NCBI GenBank assembly: GCA_040005235.1
Contig: JBDTZG010000006.1
Span: 22,203 to 86,202, forward strand
DNA length: 64,000 bases
Source of the DNA: Acidobacteriota bacterium
GTDB taxonomy: Bacteria > Acidobacteriota > Thermoanaerobaculia > Multivoradales > UBA5704
Direction of reading: 5' to 3'
Position 1 is the stretch's first letter. Each line of letters starts with the position of its first letter. A program made the position numbers and the translations under genes. Below the pieces are notes generated by a model. That model saw only the letters and a list, made by a program, of their open reading frames with translations. It had not been told where the DNA came from and ran no database searches. Positions 48,255-58,394 of this stretch are shown here, piece by piece.

Positions 48255-48298
48255 GTCAAAAGAAAAGCGGGAGCGGGGTAACAACCCCTCTCCCGCTT
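48255..48298 (-). terminator. Rho-independent terminator downstream of rpsU
   Basis: On the minus strand: AGCGGGAGAGGGG-TTGTTA-CCCCGCTCCCGCT followed by TTTCTTTTGA. Confidence 0.6.
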
Positions 48299-48338
48299 AC
48301 AAGTGCTGCCGGTGTCGCGAGGCGTCAACCTCAGCGGA

Positions 48339-48548
48339 TCAGGACAGTCCCTGGCGCCGCTCCTCGACCAACTTGCGCGCTTGCTTTTTGCGCGCTTGGA
48401 TGGTCTTCCTCTTGCGCTTGACGGAGGGCTTCTCGAAGTGCTGCCGCTTGCGCAGCTCGGTCAGAATGCCGGACTTTTCGATCTTCCGCTTGAAACGGCG
48501 GAGGGCATTCTCGAAGCTCTCTTCTTCACGCACATGCACGACGGGCAT
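48339..48548 (-). CDS. rpsU: 30S ribosomal protein S21
   Basis: 69 aa. [42 protein letters not shown] is canonical S21. Confidence 0.85.
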   Translation of the reverse strand: MPVVHVREEESFENALRRFKRKIEKSGILTELRKRQHFEKPSVKRKRKTIQARKKQARKLVEERRQGLS

Positions 48549-48711
48549 CCGAAATCACCTCTCTTCTGGCGCGACTCGATGGGTCAGTCGGAAGGCGACG
48601 TTCGGCAAACAAAGAACGGCCTACCCGCCCATGGCGCGAATCTCCATCATCTCAGGGTGGGGCGGGGGAGGTCAAGGGGTACGTTGTGCTTCGGAAGGGG
48701 ATCTCTGTGGG

Positions 48712-49143
48712 TCAGGTTCGTACTTTCGTCGGCTTGCGCAAAGTCTTTCGGGGCAGGGATCGCCGGACGAGCCTGCGAACTCTACGTGCTACCGCCACCG
48801 CGCGGCGAGCTGCGGGGAGTGAAATCTCCTCCCAACCGGGATATCGGGCGCTGGTTGCATACTCCGTCAACCGCACCTGCTCCTCGGCGCTCAGGTCAGG
48901 TCTGAGCTCGGCCGGCATGAGCGACCACAGCCTTTCGAGGTCATGGGTCTTGGGGAAGTCAATTCCTTCCAAGACAAGAACCGCCTTCAGGTACTTCTCC
49001 ACACATTGCTGGGCGTGAAAACAAACCGTGTCCGTAGGGCAGCTCGCCCCAAGGGTAAGAGTGTGAGCGGCATTCGCGAGGTCGTTGTCCGCCTTCAACA
49101 GCCAATCTCTGCAGACGCCGATCCGCAGCTCACGGTCGGGCAT
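48712..49143 (-). CDS. HEPN-domain protein (toxin-like half of a HEPN/MNT pair)
   Basis: 143 aa with an Rx4-6H-like HEPN motif context (KTHDLERLWSLMP). Overlaps the MNT gene by 14 nt. Confidence 0.6.
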   Translation of the reverse strand: MPDRELRIGVCRDWLLKADNDLANAAHTLTLGASCPTDTVCFHAQQCVEKYLKAVLVLEGIDFPKTHDLERLWSLMPAELRPDLSAEEQVRLTEYATSARYPGWEEISLPAARRAVAVARRVRRLVRRSLPRKTLRKPTKVRT

Positions 49144-49453
49144 AGAGTACCTTGCCCTCCAGCGATGCAGGTCGTTCGATGGTCCCGGGGATCTCCTGTC
49201 GCCACCGGAATTCCTCTGGACTCGTTACCACGATGTCCTTCGGGACAGGGATGCCCTGTAGAGCAAGCCGGATCTCTATCTGCTTTTCCCGCTTGGAACC
49301 GAGAAACGGCATCACGACAAGCAGATCGACGTCGCTATCGGGGCCTTCTTCGCCACGGGCGTACGAACCGAAAAGAATGATCTTCTCGGGGTGAAAGCCG
49401 CTGACGATGCGGCGCACCATCTGCTGGATCTCGCTTCTGGCCATGGTGTCCAT
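49130..49453 (-). CDS. Minimal nucleotidyltransferase (MNT), HEPN partner
   Basis: GS motif LFGSYARGEEGPDSDVDLLVV. 107 aa. Confidence 0.7.
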   Translation of the reverse strand: MDTMARSEIQQMVRRIVSGFHPEKIILFGSYARGEEGPDSDVDLLVVMPFLGSKREKQIEIRLALQGIPVPKDIVVTSPEEFRWRQEIPGTIERPASLEGKVLYARP

Positions 49454-49609
49454 CCTGACCGAGTCGGCTGGGGAAGTGTCTCCGCACGTTACGTCATGTT
49501 ACGACGCCGGCAGCACCTTCGCCAGCGTCTCGGATCAGACCATGAGGGGAAGGGCTTGGCGCCTGGGCGTTTCATTGTAGGCTTTCGGCAGGAGGCGGCT
49601 GAGAGACTC

Positions 49610-49999
49610 ATGACCCGGACCTCGATTTCAAGTACCGATCTGGCAAACGAGACGCAGGAAGTGGTCGGTCGAGTGCAATCCGGCGAGGTGGCGGTCGTCG
49701 AGACCGCTGGACGGGAATTGGCCGTCCTTTTGGACCCGGTTGATTTTCGCCTCCACCAGGCGCTCGCCCATTGCGCGACCGAGGATCGAGAACGCCTCGG
49801 GCCAAGCGATCCCGACGTTGAGGCGCTGCGGGCCTATTTGGCGGAAGAGATCAGCCTCGGGAAGACTGCCGACCTCCTGGGCCTTTCGCGATTCGAGCTT
49901 CAAGACCGTTTTTTTCGCCTCGGTGTGCCCTTGCGCCTCGGGCCAGCGACGATCGAGGAAGCACGGGCCGAGGTCGCAGCAGCTTTGAAGATTGATTAA
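49610..49999 (+). CDS. Fused Phd/YefM-like antitoxin domain plus UPF0175-like domain protein
   Basis: N-terminal ISSTDLANETQEVVGRVQSGEVAVVETAGRELAVLLDPVDF fits Phd/YefM. C-terminal ISLGKTADLLGLSRFELQDRFFRLGVPL fits the UPF0175 family. 129 aa. No adjacent toxin. Confidence 0.5.
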   Translation: MTRTSISSTDLANETQEVVGRVQSGEVAVVETAGRELAVLLDPVDFRLHQALAHCATEDRERLGPSDPDVEALRAYLAEEISLGKTADLLGLSRFELQDRFFRLGVPLRLGPATIEEARAEVAAALKID

Positions 50000-50018
50000 G
50001 CGTATCGAAGCCCGGTTT

Positions 50019-50819
50019 ATGACGAAACGTTCCACCATCCTCACCCTCCTGGTCCTCGCGCTCGCCGCCGTGAGCGCCCTGCTCGGTTTCCTCGCCCTGC
50101 GCGCCCGCTGGCAGAGTACGGCGGGCGCCACCCCCGTCCAGCGCGGCCGGAAGGTCGCCGAGCGGATGGGCTGCTTCGCCTGTCACGGACCGGGCGGAGA
50201 GCGTGGCATCCCGAACCCGGGCGCGCAGGGCGAAACCGTTCCGGAGTGGAGCGGCGGCACCTGGATGATGTGGAACGACAAGGAGGAAGATACCCGCGCC
50301 TGGATCCTCGACGGCCATCCGCCAGGCCGCAAGCCCGATGAGGCGGCGCTTCTCCGCATGCCCGCCTACCGCGGCCTCCTCTCCGAACGGGAACTGGCGG
50401 ACCTTTCGTCCTACGTGCAGACCGTCTCCGCCGCGGGAGGCCCCGACGATCCCCAAGAGATCGAAGGCATGAATCAAGCCCAGGCGCTCGGCTGTTTTGG
50501 CTGCCACGGGCCTGAAGGGCGTGGCCTGGTCGAGAACCCCCGCTCCTTCAAAGGCTACGTGCCCCCCTGGGACGGCGCCGACTTCACCGAGCTGGTCGCC
50601 AACGAAGCCGAGTTTCGGCAATGGGTTCGGAACGGAACCTCGAGTCGGATGAAGCAAAATCCCGCCGCCCAGGTGTTTCTCAAGCGCCAGCCGATCAAGA
50701 TGCCCGCCTTCGGCCCGAAGGCGACCGATGGCGATCTCGCGGCTCTTTGGGTCTATGTGCAGTGGGTGAGGACACACCCGCGGACCGGGATGGCTGGGGC
50801 GGAGTCGAAAGCGGGTTAA
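50019..50819 (+). CDS. Dihaem c-type cytochrome, membrane-anchored
   Basis: N-terminal TM/signal sequence. Two CxxCH motifs (CFACHG, CFGCHG). 266 aa. Confidence 0.7.
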   Translation: MTKRSTILTLLVLALAAVSALLGFLALRARWQSTAGATPVQRGRKVAERMGCFACHGPGGERGIPNPGAQGETVPEWSGGTWMMWNDKEEDTRAWILDGHPPGRKPDEAALLRMPAYRGLLSERELADLSSYVQTVSAAGGPDDPQEIEGMNQAQALGCFGCHGPEGRGLVENPRSFKGYVPPWDGADFTELVANEAEFRQWVRNGTSSRMKQNPAAQVFLKRQPIKMPAFGPKATDGDLAALWVYVQWVRTHPRTGMAGAESKAG

Positions 50820-50858
50820 AGAGCGAGCGTGGTAGGTTAACCCGGAGTGCTGTGAGCC

Positions 50859-51206
50859 ATGCAGCCTGTGCCCCTAGATACCCAACCGACGCGTCTTCCG
50901 CCGACTTCGGAGTCTCTCCTCGACGACTCCCAGAGGCCGTATTTTCTCTGGTGGACGAACGCCACGGCGGGGGATCTCAAGGTGCATCTTGTGGCCGACG
51001 ACCCGGAGGAGCGCGCCTATTGGATGGGTGCCTTGCTCCGCGAAGCCAACACCCGCGACGTCTGGCTCTTCACAACTCCTGATGCCATCAAAGCCCTTTG
51101 GCCAAGGCTGATTCGCTATCTCGGACGCTCCCGGGACATGTGGGCCTGGCTTCTGGAGCTTCCGAAACCCGAATGGCCGCCGCTTAGCCAAATCCGTGCC
51201 GAGTAG
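50859..51206 (+). CDS. Hypothetical protein
   Basis: 115-aa ORF with coding-like composition. No family recognised. Confidence 0.3.
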   Translation: MQPVPLDTQPTRLPPTSESLLDDSQRPYFLWWTNATAGDLKVHLVADDPEERAYWMGALLREANTRDVWLFTTPDAIKALWPRLIRYLGRSRDMWAWLLELPKPEWPPLSQIRAE

Positions 51207-51263
51207 GCGCAAGACGTTTGATCGACGACTGTTCTAAACGCTTAAGGCATTAGGGAGCCCCCC

Positions 51264-52088
51264 TCACCGCTCCTCCCGCCCCCCACCCCCCGAAAGCCGA
51301 TGCGCCAGCAAAATCGGTAACGTCGTCACCGCGATCACGAACAGGGCGGTCACGTTGGTCACCGGCCGATCGCGCGGGCGGGTGAGCTGGTCGAGAATCC
51401 AGATCGGCAGGGTCCGCTGCTGGCCCGCGGTGAAGGTGGTGACGATCACTTCGTCGAAGGAGAGGGAGAAGGCGAGCATCCCTCCGGCAAGGAGCGCGGT
51501 GGCGAGGCTTGGGAGGACGATCCGGCGGAAGGTTTGGAAAGTGTCGGCTCCCAGATCCATCGAGGCTTCGATTTGGGAGCGGCCGGTGCGCCGGAGGCGG
51601 GCTGCGACGTTGTTGTAGACGGTGACGATGCAGAACGTTCCGTGGCCGGCGACGATGGTCCAGAAGCTGAAAGGGAGTCCGGTGAGCGCGAGGCCTGATC
51701 GTAGTGCGATGCCGGTGACGATGCCGGGGAGCGCGATCGGCAGGATCACCAGCAGAGTGACCATCTCGCGTCCGGCGAAGCGGCCTCGGACCACGGCGAG
51801 AGCGGCGAGTGTTCCTAGAACCACGGCAACCGCCGTCGAGACCGCCGCGACGCGGAGCGAGAGGGAAAACGCCTGCCACAGATCGGCGCGCTCCCAAGCT
51901 ACGCTGAACCAGCGGAGGGTGAGGCCGGGGGGCGGAAAGCTGAGCGTCGCTTCGTCGGTGGTGAAGGCGTAGAGGAAGACCACGAGCAGCGGCAGGTGGA
52001 GGAAGAGGATCGCGCCGAGGGCCGCGAGCTTTAGGCCGAGCGGGGCGCGTTCTCCAGCTCCCGATTTGGATCTGGCGCTAGAGAGCAT
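51264..52088 (-). CDS. Polyamine-type ABC transporter permease (PotC/PotI-like)
   Basis: Six TM segments and an EAA-like loop ([19 protein letters not shown]). Overlaps the potB-like gene by 11 nt. Confidence 0.8.
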   Translation of the reverse strand: MLSSARSKSGAGERAPLGLKLAALGAILFLHLPLLVVFLYAFTTDEATLSFPPPGLTLRWFSVAWERADLWQAFSLSLRVAAVSTAVAVVLGTLAALAVVRGRFAGREMVTLLVILPIALPGIVTGIALRSGLALTGLPFSFWTIVAGHGTFCIVTVYNNVAARLRRTGRSQIEASMDLGADTFQTFRRIVLPSLATALLAGGMLAFSLSFDEVIVTTFTAGQQRTLPIWILDQLTRPRDRPVTNVTALFVIAVTTLPILLAHRLSGGGGREER

Positions 52089-52983
52089 CGAACGCTCCCA
52101 GCCGCCGCGCCCAGGCGAGGTAGGCGGCCATGATCAACATGGGCACCACGGTCATTGCGGCAGCGAGCGGGACGTTTCCCGCCGTGCCCTGGTGTCGGAG
52201 GACGGCCTGGCCGATGAACAGGCTCGAATCGCCGATCGTGCCGGGGATGATGAAATCGCCGAGAGTGAGCGAAAACGTGAAGATCGAGCCTGCGATTACG
52301 CCGGGGAGGGCGAGCGGCAGCGTCACCTTGCGAAAGGTTTTTCCCGGTGGAGCGCCGAGATCGGCGGAGGCTTCGAGCAACGATTTCGGCACCCGTTCGA
52401 GCGCCGCCTGGATCGGCAGGATCATGTACGGGAGCCAAATGTAGAGGAAGACCAGGAAGCGGCCGAGAGTTGAGAACGAGAGCGACGGACCGCCGATTCC
52501 GGGGATCGCGAGCACCGCATCGAGCACGCGGCCCAACCCTGCGGCGGAGAAGAACCAGGAGAGGATCCCCTCTTTCGCCAGGATCAATTTCCAAGAATAG
52601 ACGCGCACGATGTAGCTCGACCAGAGCGGCAGGATAACCCCGAGGTAGAGCAGCGATCGCACCCGGCCGCGGGCGTAGCGCGCCATGTAATAGGCGAGCG
52701 GGAAGGAGAGCAGGGCGGCGGCGATCGTCACTGTGGCGGCCATCAGGGTCGTGCGGCGGAAAATGTCGAGATTCGCCGGAGTGAAGAGCTGCGCGTAGGT
52801 GGCGAAGGAGAAACTCCGCACCACCTGGCCGGTGAACTCGTCGACGTGGAAAAAGCTCTGGACCAAGAGCGCGGCGAGGGAACCGAGGTAGACGACGCCC
52901 AGCCAGAGCAGCGGCGGACCGAGCAGCAGACCGAGCGCCCAGCGTGGATGGCGGAATAGAAAGTTGGCGGCGCGGCGGAGCAT
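52078..52983 (-). CDS. Polyamine-type ABC transporter permease (PotB/PotH-like)
   Basis: Start [13 protein letters not shown] loop [20 protein letters not shown]. 301 aa. Confidence 0.8.
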   Translation of the reverse strand: MLRRAANFLFRHPRWALGLLLGPPLLWLGVVYLGSLAALLVQSFFHVDEFTGQVVRSFSFATYAQLFTPANLDIFRRTTLMAATVTIAAALLSFPLAYYMARYARGRVRSLLYLGVILPLWSSYIVRVYSWKLILAKEGILSWFFSAAGLGRVLDAVLAIPGIGGPSLSFSTLGRFLVFLYIWLPYMILPIQAALERVPKSLLEASADLGAPPGKTFRKVTLPLALPGVIAGSIFTFSLTLGDFIIPGTIGDSSLFIGQAVLRHQGTAGNVPLAAAMTVVPMLIMAAYLAWARRLGAFDAL

Positions 52984-52996
52984 TTTCGGTTCCCGA

Positions 52997-54067
52997 TCAC
53001 CCGACAAGCGCGCGAATCGCGGAGGGTTCCCAGGCGAGCCGGACCCGCCTCCCCTGAGCGCAGGCGGCATCCGCCGCATCCGCGTCGAGGTTCTGCGCCA
53101 CCACGGCCAACTCGCCGCCCTCGTCGAGTTCGACCGTGTAACGGGTGTGCATGCCGAGGTAGACCGCCTCGCGGATCGATCCTGTTGCGCTCGCCTCGCC
53201 CGGTCCGGCGGAAGCTTCGGGCGCAAGCAGGCGGATCCGCTCCGGACGAATCGCCGCGGGACCGGGCGTACCCGTCAGCCGCTGGGCTAGATCCCCAAGC
53301 AGCAGGTTCGTGGTGCCGACGAAACCGGCGACGAACACCGTCCTCGGCCGTTCGTAGACCTCGGCGGGAGTGCCCACCTGCTCGACGCGCCCCTGGTTGA
53401 AGACCGCCAGGCGATCGGACATCGCGAGCGCCTCTTCCTGGTCATGGGTGACGAACAGAAAGGTGATCCCCACCTGGCGCTGGATCGCTTTCAGCTCCGT
53501 CTGCATCTGTTGCCGAAGCTTCAAATCCAAAGCGCCGAGCGGCTCGTCGAGCAGCAGAACGCGCGGCCGGTTGATCAGGGCGCGGGCGAGCGCCACCCTT
53601 TGACGTTGCCCGCCGGAAAGCTGCGCCGGTTTCCGCGCGCCATAGTCGGGCAGACAGACCAGGTCGAGCGCCTCGGCCACCCGGCGACGGATCTCGGGTT
53701 TCGCCACCTTCTTGATCGTCAGGCCATAGGCGACGTTGTCCGCCACCGAAAGGTGAGGGAACAGCGCGTAGTCCTGGAAGACCGTGTTGACGTCCCGTTC
53801 GTAGGGAGGCAGATCGGTGACGTCGCGGCCGTGCAGCTCGACCCGGCCGGCGGTCGGCCGTTCGAATCCGGCGAGCATGCGCAGGCAGGTGGTCTTGCCC
53901 GAGCCTGAGGGGCCGAGCATCGCGAAGAACTCGCCGTCGGCGATTTCGAGCGAGACGCCGTCCACCGCGCGCACCTCGCCGAAATGACGCGAGACGTCGA
54001 CGAACCGAACGGCCATCGCGGCCATCGCGGCCATCGCGGTCATCGCCGTTCGTCCGTCGAGATTCAA
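52997..54067 (-). CDS. Polyamine-type ABC transporter ATP-binding protein (PotA/PotG-like); start ambiguous within an AMA repeat
   Basis: Walker [10 protein letters not shown], signature [15 protein letters not shown], Walker [12 protein letters not shown], and a TOBE-like C-terminus. Confidence 0.8.
   Translation of the reverse strand: MNLDGRTAMTAMAAMAAMAVRFVDVSRHFGEVRAVDGVSLEIADGEFFAMLGPSGSGKTTCLRMLAGFERPTAGRVELHGRDVTDLPPYERDVNTVFQDYALFPHLSVADNVAYGLTIKKVAKPEIRRRVAEALDLVCLPDYGARKPAQLSGGQRQRVALARALINRPRVLLLDEPLGALDLKLRQQMQTELKAIQRQVGITFLFVTHDQEEALAMSDRLAVFNQGRVEQVGTPAEVYERPRTVFVAGFVGTTNLLLGDLAQRLTGTPGPAAIRPERIRLLAPEASAGPGEASATGSIREAVYLGMHTRYTVELDEGGELAVVAQNLDADAADAACAQGRRVRLAWEPSAIRALVG
54010..54045. 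repeat. Four tandem copies of the 9-bp unit GGCCATCGC in the potA 5' region
   Basis: GGCCATCGC x3 plus GGTCATCGC. It encodes [12 protein letters not shown] in the potA frame. Confidence 0.6.
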
Positions 54068-54085
54068 TTCGAGATCCTGAGTTGC

Positions 54086-55309
54086 CTACCGGCCGCCGAG
54101 GATCGCGATGTAGTCCGTCGTCCAGCGGTAGTAGGGGACGCAATTCTTTGTGCCGTCGCCGCAGTCGGAGGTCGGCGTCCGCCAGAAAGCGATCCTGTCG
54201 AAGTTGTCGAATCCGTTCGTGGCGCAGCCGGTGTCGGTCAGAAGCGCATTGCCTTTGCAGGCCGCGGGCACCGCGGGGACTGAGCCGAACCAAGACGCCA
54301 CGTCGCCCTGGACCTTCGGCGCGATCGAATGCTCCAGCCACTTATAGGCACAGTTCGGATGCTTCGCGTCGACGTGCAGCATGGTCGTATCCGCCCAGCC
54401 GGTCGCCCCTTCTTTGGGAAAGACGCTCGCGACGGGCTGCTTGTCCGCTTGGAGCAGGTTGACCTGGAACGGCCAAGTGCCCGAAGCGACCACCCCCTCG
54501 TTCTTGAAGTCGTCGATCTGGGCGTTGGCGTCGTGCCAGTACTTGCCGATCAGGGTCTTCTGGCCGCGCAGCAGGGCGAGTGCCTCTTTGTATTGCGGTT
54601 CGGTGAGCGAGTACGGATCTTTGATTCCGAGCGCGGGCTTTGCCGACTTCAAGTAAAGCGCGGCGTCGGCAATATAGATCGCGCCGTCGTACGCTTGGAT
54701 CCGTCCCTTGTTCGACTTGCCGTCGGGCAAGGTTGTCTCGTTGAACACCACGTTCCAGCTGTCGGGCGGCTTGGTGCCGAACACCTTGGTGTTGTACATC
54801 AGCACGTTCGGCCCCCACTGATAGGGAACGCCGTAATGTTTGCCGCCGACCGTGTGCCATGCCGCGTTCTGAAGCCGCGGATCGACTTGGCCCCAACTGG
54901 GAATCAGGGCGGTGTTGATTTTTTGGATCTTTCCCCCGGCGACCAACCGGAGCGAGGCGTCACCCGAGGCGGTCACGAGATCGAAGCCCCCGTCGTTCAT
55001 CAACGCGACCATCTCGTCCGAGGTGGCGGCCGTCTTCACGCTCACCTTGCAGCCAGTCTCCTTCTCGAAGCCGGTCACCCAGTCGTAGGTCTTGTCGGTG
55101 TCGCCCCGCTCGACATAGCCGATCCAGGCGACGATCGAAACCTCCCCCTCGCCAGGTCCCACCGCCTGGAGGGGGTTGCTCGGACCGGTCGAGGCGGCGG
55201 CCGCGCCGCCGTCCGGGACTTCCGGCGCCTTCGGCGCGCAGGCGACGGGCAGGATCGCGAAGATTGCGGCGAAGATCGGCATCTTCCACGGCGAGCGTCG
55301 GCGGATCAT
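54086..55309 (-). CDS. Polyamine-type ABC transporter periplasmic substrate-binding lipoprotein (PotD/PotF-like)
   Basis: Start MIRRRSPWKMPIFAAIFAILPVACA with a lipobox. SBP_bac_1-like body. First gene of a four-gene ABC operon. Confidence 0.75.
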   Translation of the reverse strand: MIRRRSPWKMPIFAAIFAILPVACAPKAPEVPDGGAAAASTGPSNPLQAVGPGEGEVSIVAWIGYVERGDTDKTYDWVTGFEKETGCKVSVKTAATSDEMVALMNDGGFDLVTASGDASLRLVAGGKIQKINTALIPSWGQVDPRLQNAAWHTVGGKHYGVPYQWGPNVLMYNTKVFGTKPPDSWNVVFNETTLPDGKSNKGRIQAYDGAIYIADAALYLKSAKPALGIKDPYSLTEPQYKEALALLRGQKTLIGKYWHDANAQIDDFKNEGVVASGTWPFQVNLLQADKQPVASVFPKEGATGWADTTMLHVDAKHPNCAYKWLEHSIAPKVQGDVASWFGSVPAVPAACKGNALLTDTGCATNGFDNFDRIAFWRTPTSDCGDGTKNCVPYYRWTTDYIAILGGR

Positions 55310-55451
55310 GAGCGGCTCCTTGCTCGGAATCGAAAGGTCGGTTCCGGGAGGTGTGGTCGGCAAATCGTTGAAGGGAAGACTAGTGTCCGGACGGGGCCGT
55401 CCGCAAGGCGCCGGTTTCGTTCCGCCCGCATCTCGTGTCCAAGCAGGTAGG

Positions 55452-56126
55452 ATGAACCTACAAGCCCTAGCGATCCCGATCCGGATTCCGATGATGACCC
55501 CCAGGGAGCAGAGCCCCGCCTCGTTCCGAGCGCTCCCCCTCGATTCGGTCGAGGACGAGCGGCGGCTGCTCGCCGACTATTCGCGCGGCGATCGCGCCGC
55601 GGCCGAACGGCTGGTGGCGAGTACCTACCGCCAGGTGTTCGCGTTTCTCGCCAAGCTTTGTGGCGGCGACGCGGATCTGGCGGCCGATCTCACGCAGGAC
55701 ACCTACAAGAAGGCGTGGGACGCCCTCTCCCGGTTCGACGGCCGGTCGAGATTCGCCACCTGGCTCTGCCGGATCGCCTACACCACGTTCCTCAATCACA
55801 TCCGCCGGCCTCGGCGCGTGGTGCAGATTGAGGACGACGTGGCGGATCAGGTCGCCGATCCCGATCCGAGCCCCGAGGATCTCGCAGGGCTCGCGGTCTC
55901 GGGCGAGCGCCTGCGCCACGCGGTGATGGCTCTGCCCGAGCCGCTGCGCGAAACGATCACCGCCCATTTCTGGGGCGGCACCGACATTCCGGACATCGCC
56001 CGTGACGAGGGGGTCACCGCCGTGGCGATCCGCAAGCGGATCAAGAAAGCGCTCGCCGTGCTCGCGCATTCGCTCGATAGAACCTTCGGCTCGTCGACCG
56101 AAGCCACCGGGGAGGACGCGCGATGA
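55452..56126 (+). CDS. ECF sigma factor
   Basis: Region 2 (LTQDTYKKAWDAL...FATWLCRIAYT) and region 4 (ITAHFWGGTDIPDIARDEGVTAVAIRKRIKKA). Its stop overlaps the next gene's start (ATGA). Confidence 0.7.
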   Translation: MNLQALAIPIRIPMMTPREQSPASFRALPLDSVEDERRLLADYSRGDRAAAERLVASTYRQVFAFLAKLCGGDADLAADLTQDTYKKAWDALSRFDGRSRFATWLCRIAYTTFLNHIRRPRRVVQIEDDVADQVADPDPSPEDLAGLAVSGERLRHAVMALPEPLRETITAHFWGGTDIPDIARDEGVTAVAIRKRIKKALAVLAHSLDRTFGSSTEATGEDAR

Positions 56127-58351
56127 ACGCCAACGCTGAGCGAAACGAAATCCGCGAGAGCGAGCTGCGCCGCCTGTTGTCGGAAGCGCCGCCGACCGGC
56201 CCGGCGCTCGATCCGCCGGCCGACCTCTTGGCCAAGCTGCAGGAAGGGATTCCGGACGCGATCGAGCTGCATCCCGCGCTGCGCGGCGGCGAAAACGTCC
56301 TGCCGTTCCGGGCGCCCGCGCCGCGGACCCCCATGGCCCGCCGCAATGTCTGGCTGATCGCTGCGAGCCTGCTCGCGATGGCCGGGGCGGGCTACTTCTC
56401 CTTGCGGGTGCGCGACGTGGTTTCCGTGCCGGAAAATGTGGCGGCCCATGAGTCGGTGGAAGCGGCGAACGGGCGCGGCGCGATTCCGACCGGGGCCGAC
56501 TCGGCCCCTCTGCCCAAAACGCCGGCCGAAGGCACCGAAGCCGGGATTCAATCCCCTTCGGGATCTCCCGCAGCTCCGCCGCCGCCGGCCGACCTCAAAG
56601 CGCTCGGCTACCTCGGCGGCCCACCGGCTTCGGAGGCGGCCCCGGAAAAAGGCAAGCTCTGGGACCGACTCGACGAGACTCGTCGGCAGGCGACTCCGGC
56701 AGAGCAGGCCCGGGCCAACGAGGCGCTTCGGCGGCGCGAGGGCAGGCAGGCGAAAACCGAGCAGCCCGTGGAGGTCCCCGAGGGCGTGGAAGGCGGAGTC
56801 GAAGGGGGAGTGCCCGGAGGGGTCGCGGGCGGCGTGGTGGGGGGAGTTGTAGGCGGCGTGCCCGGCGGAGTGATGACGGGCGCCGCGGCTCCCTTCCCGG
56901 CGACCGAGCCGGCCAAGCCGGCCCCCTCGACCGGCGGAACGGCCGAGCCGAACGACCAGCCGTACGCCGACACCTTCTTCGAGAGCGCCGGGGTCAATCC
57001 GTTCATCGACACCGACGAGGACCGGCTCTCGACGTTCGGGCTCGACGTCGATACCGGTTCCTTCACGGTGATCCGGCGCTACCTGGAAGAGGGCCATCGG
57101 CCGCCGAAGGATGCGGTGCGTCTCGAAGAGGTGGTCAACTTCTTCGATTATGCCGATCCGGCTCCGGCCCACGGCGATTTCGCGGTTCGCCTCGAAGGCG
57201 CGCCGAACCCGTTCGGTCCGCAGGGCAAAATCAACGAACGCCACCGCCTGGTGCGGGTGGGGATCAAAGCCCGCGAGATCGATGCCGTCCGGCGCAAGCC
57301 CTCGGTGCTGACCTTCGTGGTCGACATCTCGGGCTCGATGGACCAGGAGAACCGGCTCGGACTGGTGAAGCGGGCGCTTGAGCTTCTGGTCGCCGAGTTG
57401 CGCGAAGACGACAGGGTGGGCCTGGTGATCTTCGGCAGCGAGGCGCGCACGATTCTCGAACCGACGACCGACCGCTCGGCGATTCGGGAGGCGATCGAAC
57501 GGCTGCGGGCGGAAGGCTCGACCAACGCCGAGGCGGGATTGAACCTCGCCTACGACGTGGCCCGTCGGGCCTACCGTGCGAACGGCAACAACCGGCTGAT
57601 CCTCTGTTCCGATGGGGTCGCGAATGTCGGAAACACCGGCCCGCAATCGATCCTCAAGCGGATCGGTAAGGAGACTCGGGCAGGCATTGAGCTTTCGACC
57701 GTCGGATTCGGCATGGGCAATTACAACGACGTGCTGATGGAGCAGCTGGCAGACAAAGGGGACGGACGTTACGCCTACGTGGACACGATCGAAGAGGCGC
57801 ATCGGATCTTCGTCGACGGGCTCGCCGGAACGCTCCAGACGATCGCCAAGGACGCCAAGGTGCAGGTGGAATTCGATCCTACAGTGGTCCAGAGCTGGCG
57901 CCTGCTCGGTTACGAAAACCGCGACATCGCGGACGACAAATTCCGCGACGACACGGTCGATGCGGGGGACATCGGCGCGGGACATGCGGTGACCGCGCTC
58001 TACGAGGTGAAGCTCGCCGAGCGGCCGGCGGCGGGTAAACCGAACCCGGCGATCGCCAGGGTTCACCTGCGCTGGTTCTCGAAGGAATCCGAGCGGGTGA
58101 TCGAATCGGTCCAGGCTCTGCCGCTCGACCGGCTCGCTCCCAAGTGGCAATCTGCGAGCCCGGCGTTCCGGTTGGCGACCCTCGCCGGCCAGTTCGCCGA
58201 GATCCTGCGCGGCTCCCCTTGGGCGAAGGGCGAGAGTCCGGTCGAAGTCGCCCGCCGCGCGCGAGAGCTTGCCGATCAGACCTCGGGCAAGCTGCACACC
58301 CAGGCGATCGATCTCGCGACATTGGCGGATTTGGCGGCCCGGGCGAGGTAG
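56123..58351 (+). CDS. Anti-sigma-factor N-domain/TM fused to a periplasmic vWA plus DUF3520-like (YfbK-type) module
   Basis: Cytoplasmic N-domain, one TM (VWLIAASLLAMAGAGYF), a (GGV)n 9-bp tandem repeat, and a vWA MIDAS motif (VVDISGSMD...S...T). 742 aa. Translationally coupled to the ECF sigma gene. Confidence 0.6.
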   Translation: MNANAERNEIRESELRRLLSEAPPTGPALDPPADLLAKLQEGIPDAIELHPALRGGENVLPFRAPAPRTPMARRNVWLIAASLLAMAGAGYFSLRVRDVVSVPENVAAHESVEAANGRGAIPTGADSAPLPKTPAEGTEAGIQSPSGSPAAPPPPADLKALGYLGGPPASEAAPEKGKLWDRLDETRRQATPAEQARANEALRRREGRQAKTEQPVEVPEGVEGGVEGGVPGGVAGGVVGGVVGGVPGGVMTGAAAPFPATEPAKPAPSTGGTAEPNDQPYADTFFESAGVNPFIDTDEDRLSTFGLDVDTGSFTVIRRYLEEGHRPPKDAVRLEEVVNFFDYADPAPAHGDFAVRLEGAPNPFGPQGKINERHRLVRVGIKAREIDAVRRKPSVLTFVVDISGSMDQENRLGLVKRALELLVAELREDDRVGLVIFGSEARTILEPTTDRSAIREAIERLRAEGSTNAEAGLNLAYDVARRAYRANGNNRLILCSDGVANVGNTGPQSILKRIGKETRAGIELSTVGFGMGNYNDVLMEQLADKGDGRYAYVDTIEEAHRIFVDGLAGTLQTIAKDAKVQVEFDPTVVQSWRLLGYENRDIADDKFRDDTVDAGDIGAGHAVTALYEVKLAERPAAGKPNPAIARVHLRWFSKESERVIESVQALPLDRLAPKWQSASPAFRLATLAGQFAEILRGSPWAKGESPVEVARRARELADQTSGKLHTQAIDLATLADLAARAR

Positions 58352-58372
58352 CCCTCACCACTGCCCGGGGCA

Positions 58373-58394
58373 GGGGGTAAGGGCTTTTACCCCC
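58373..58394. terminator. GC-rich hairpin between convergent genes (possible bidirectional terminator)
   Basis: GGGGGTAA-gggctt-TTACCCCC. It overlaps the stop codon of the minus-strand membrane-fusion gene. The T-tract is weak. Confidence 0.3.

Noticed and set aside
48284-48286. Longer mutS2 start (MLPRSRF at 48284)
   Set aside because: It would place the rpsU intrinsic terminator hairpin inside the mutS2 coding sequence. The ATG at 48218 avoids this.
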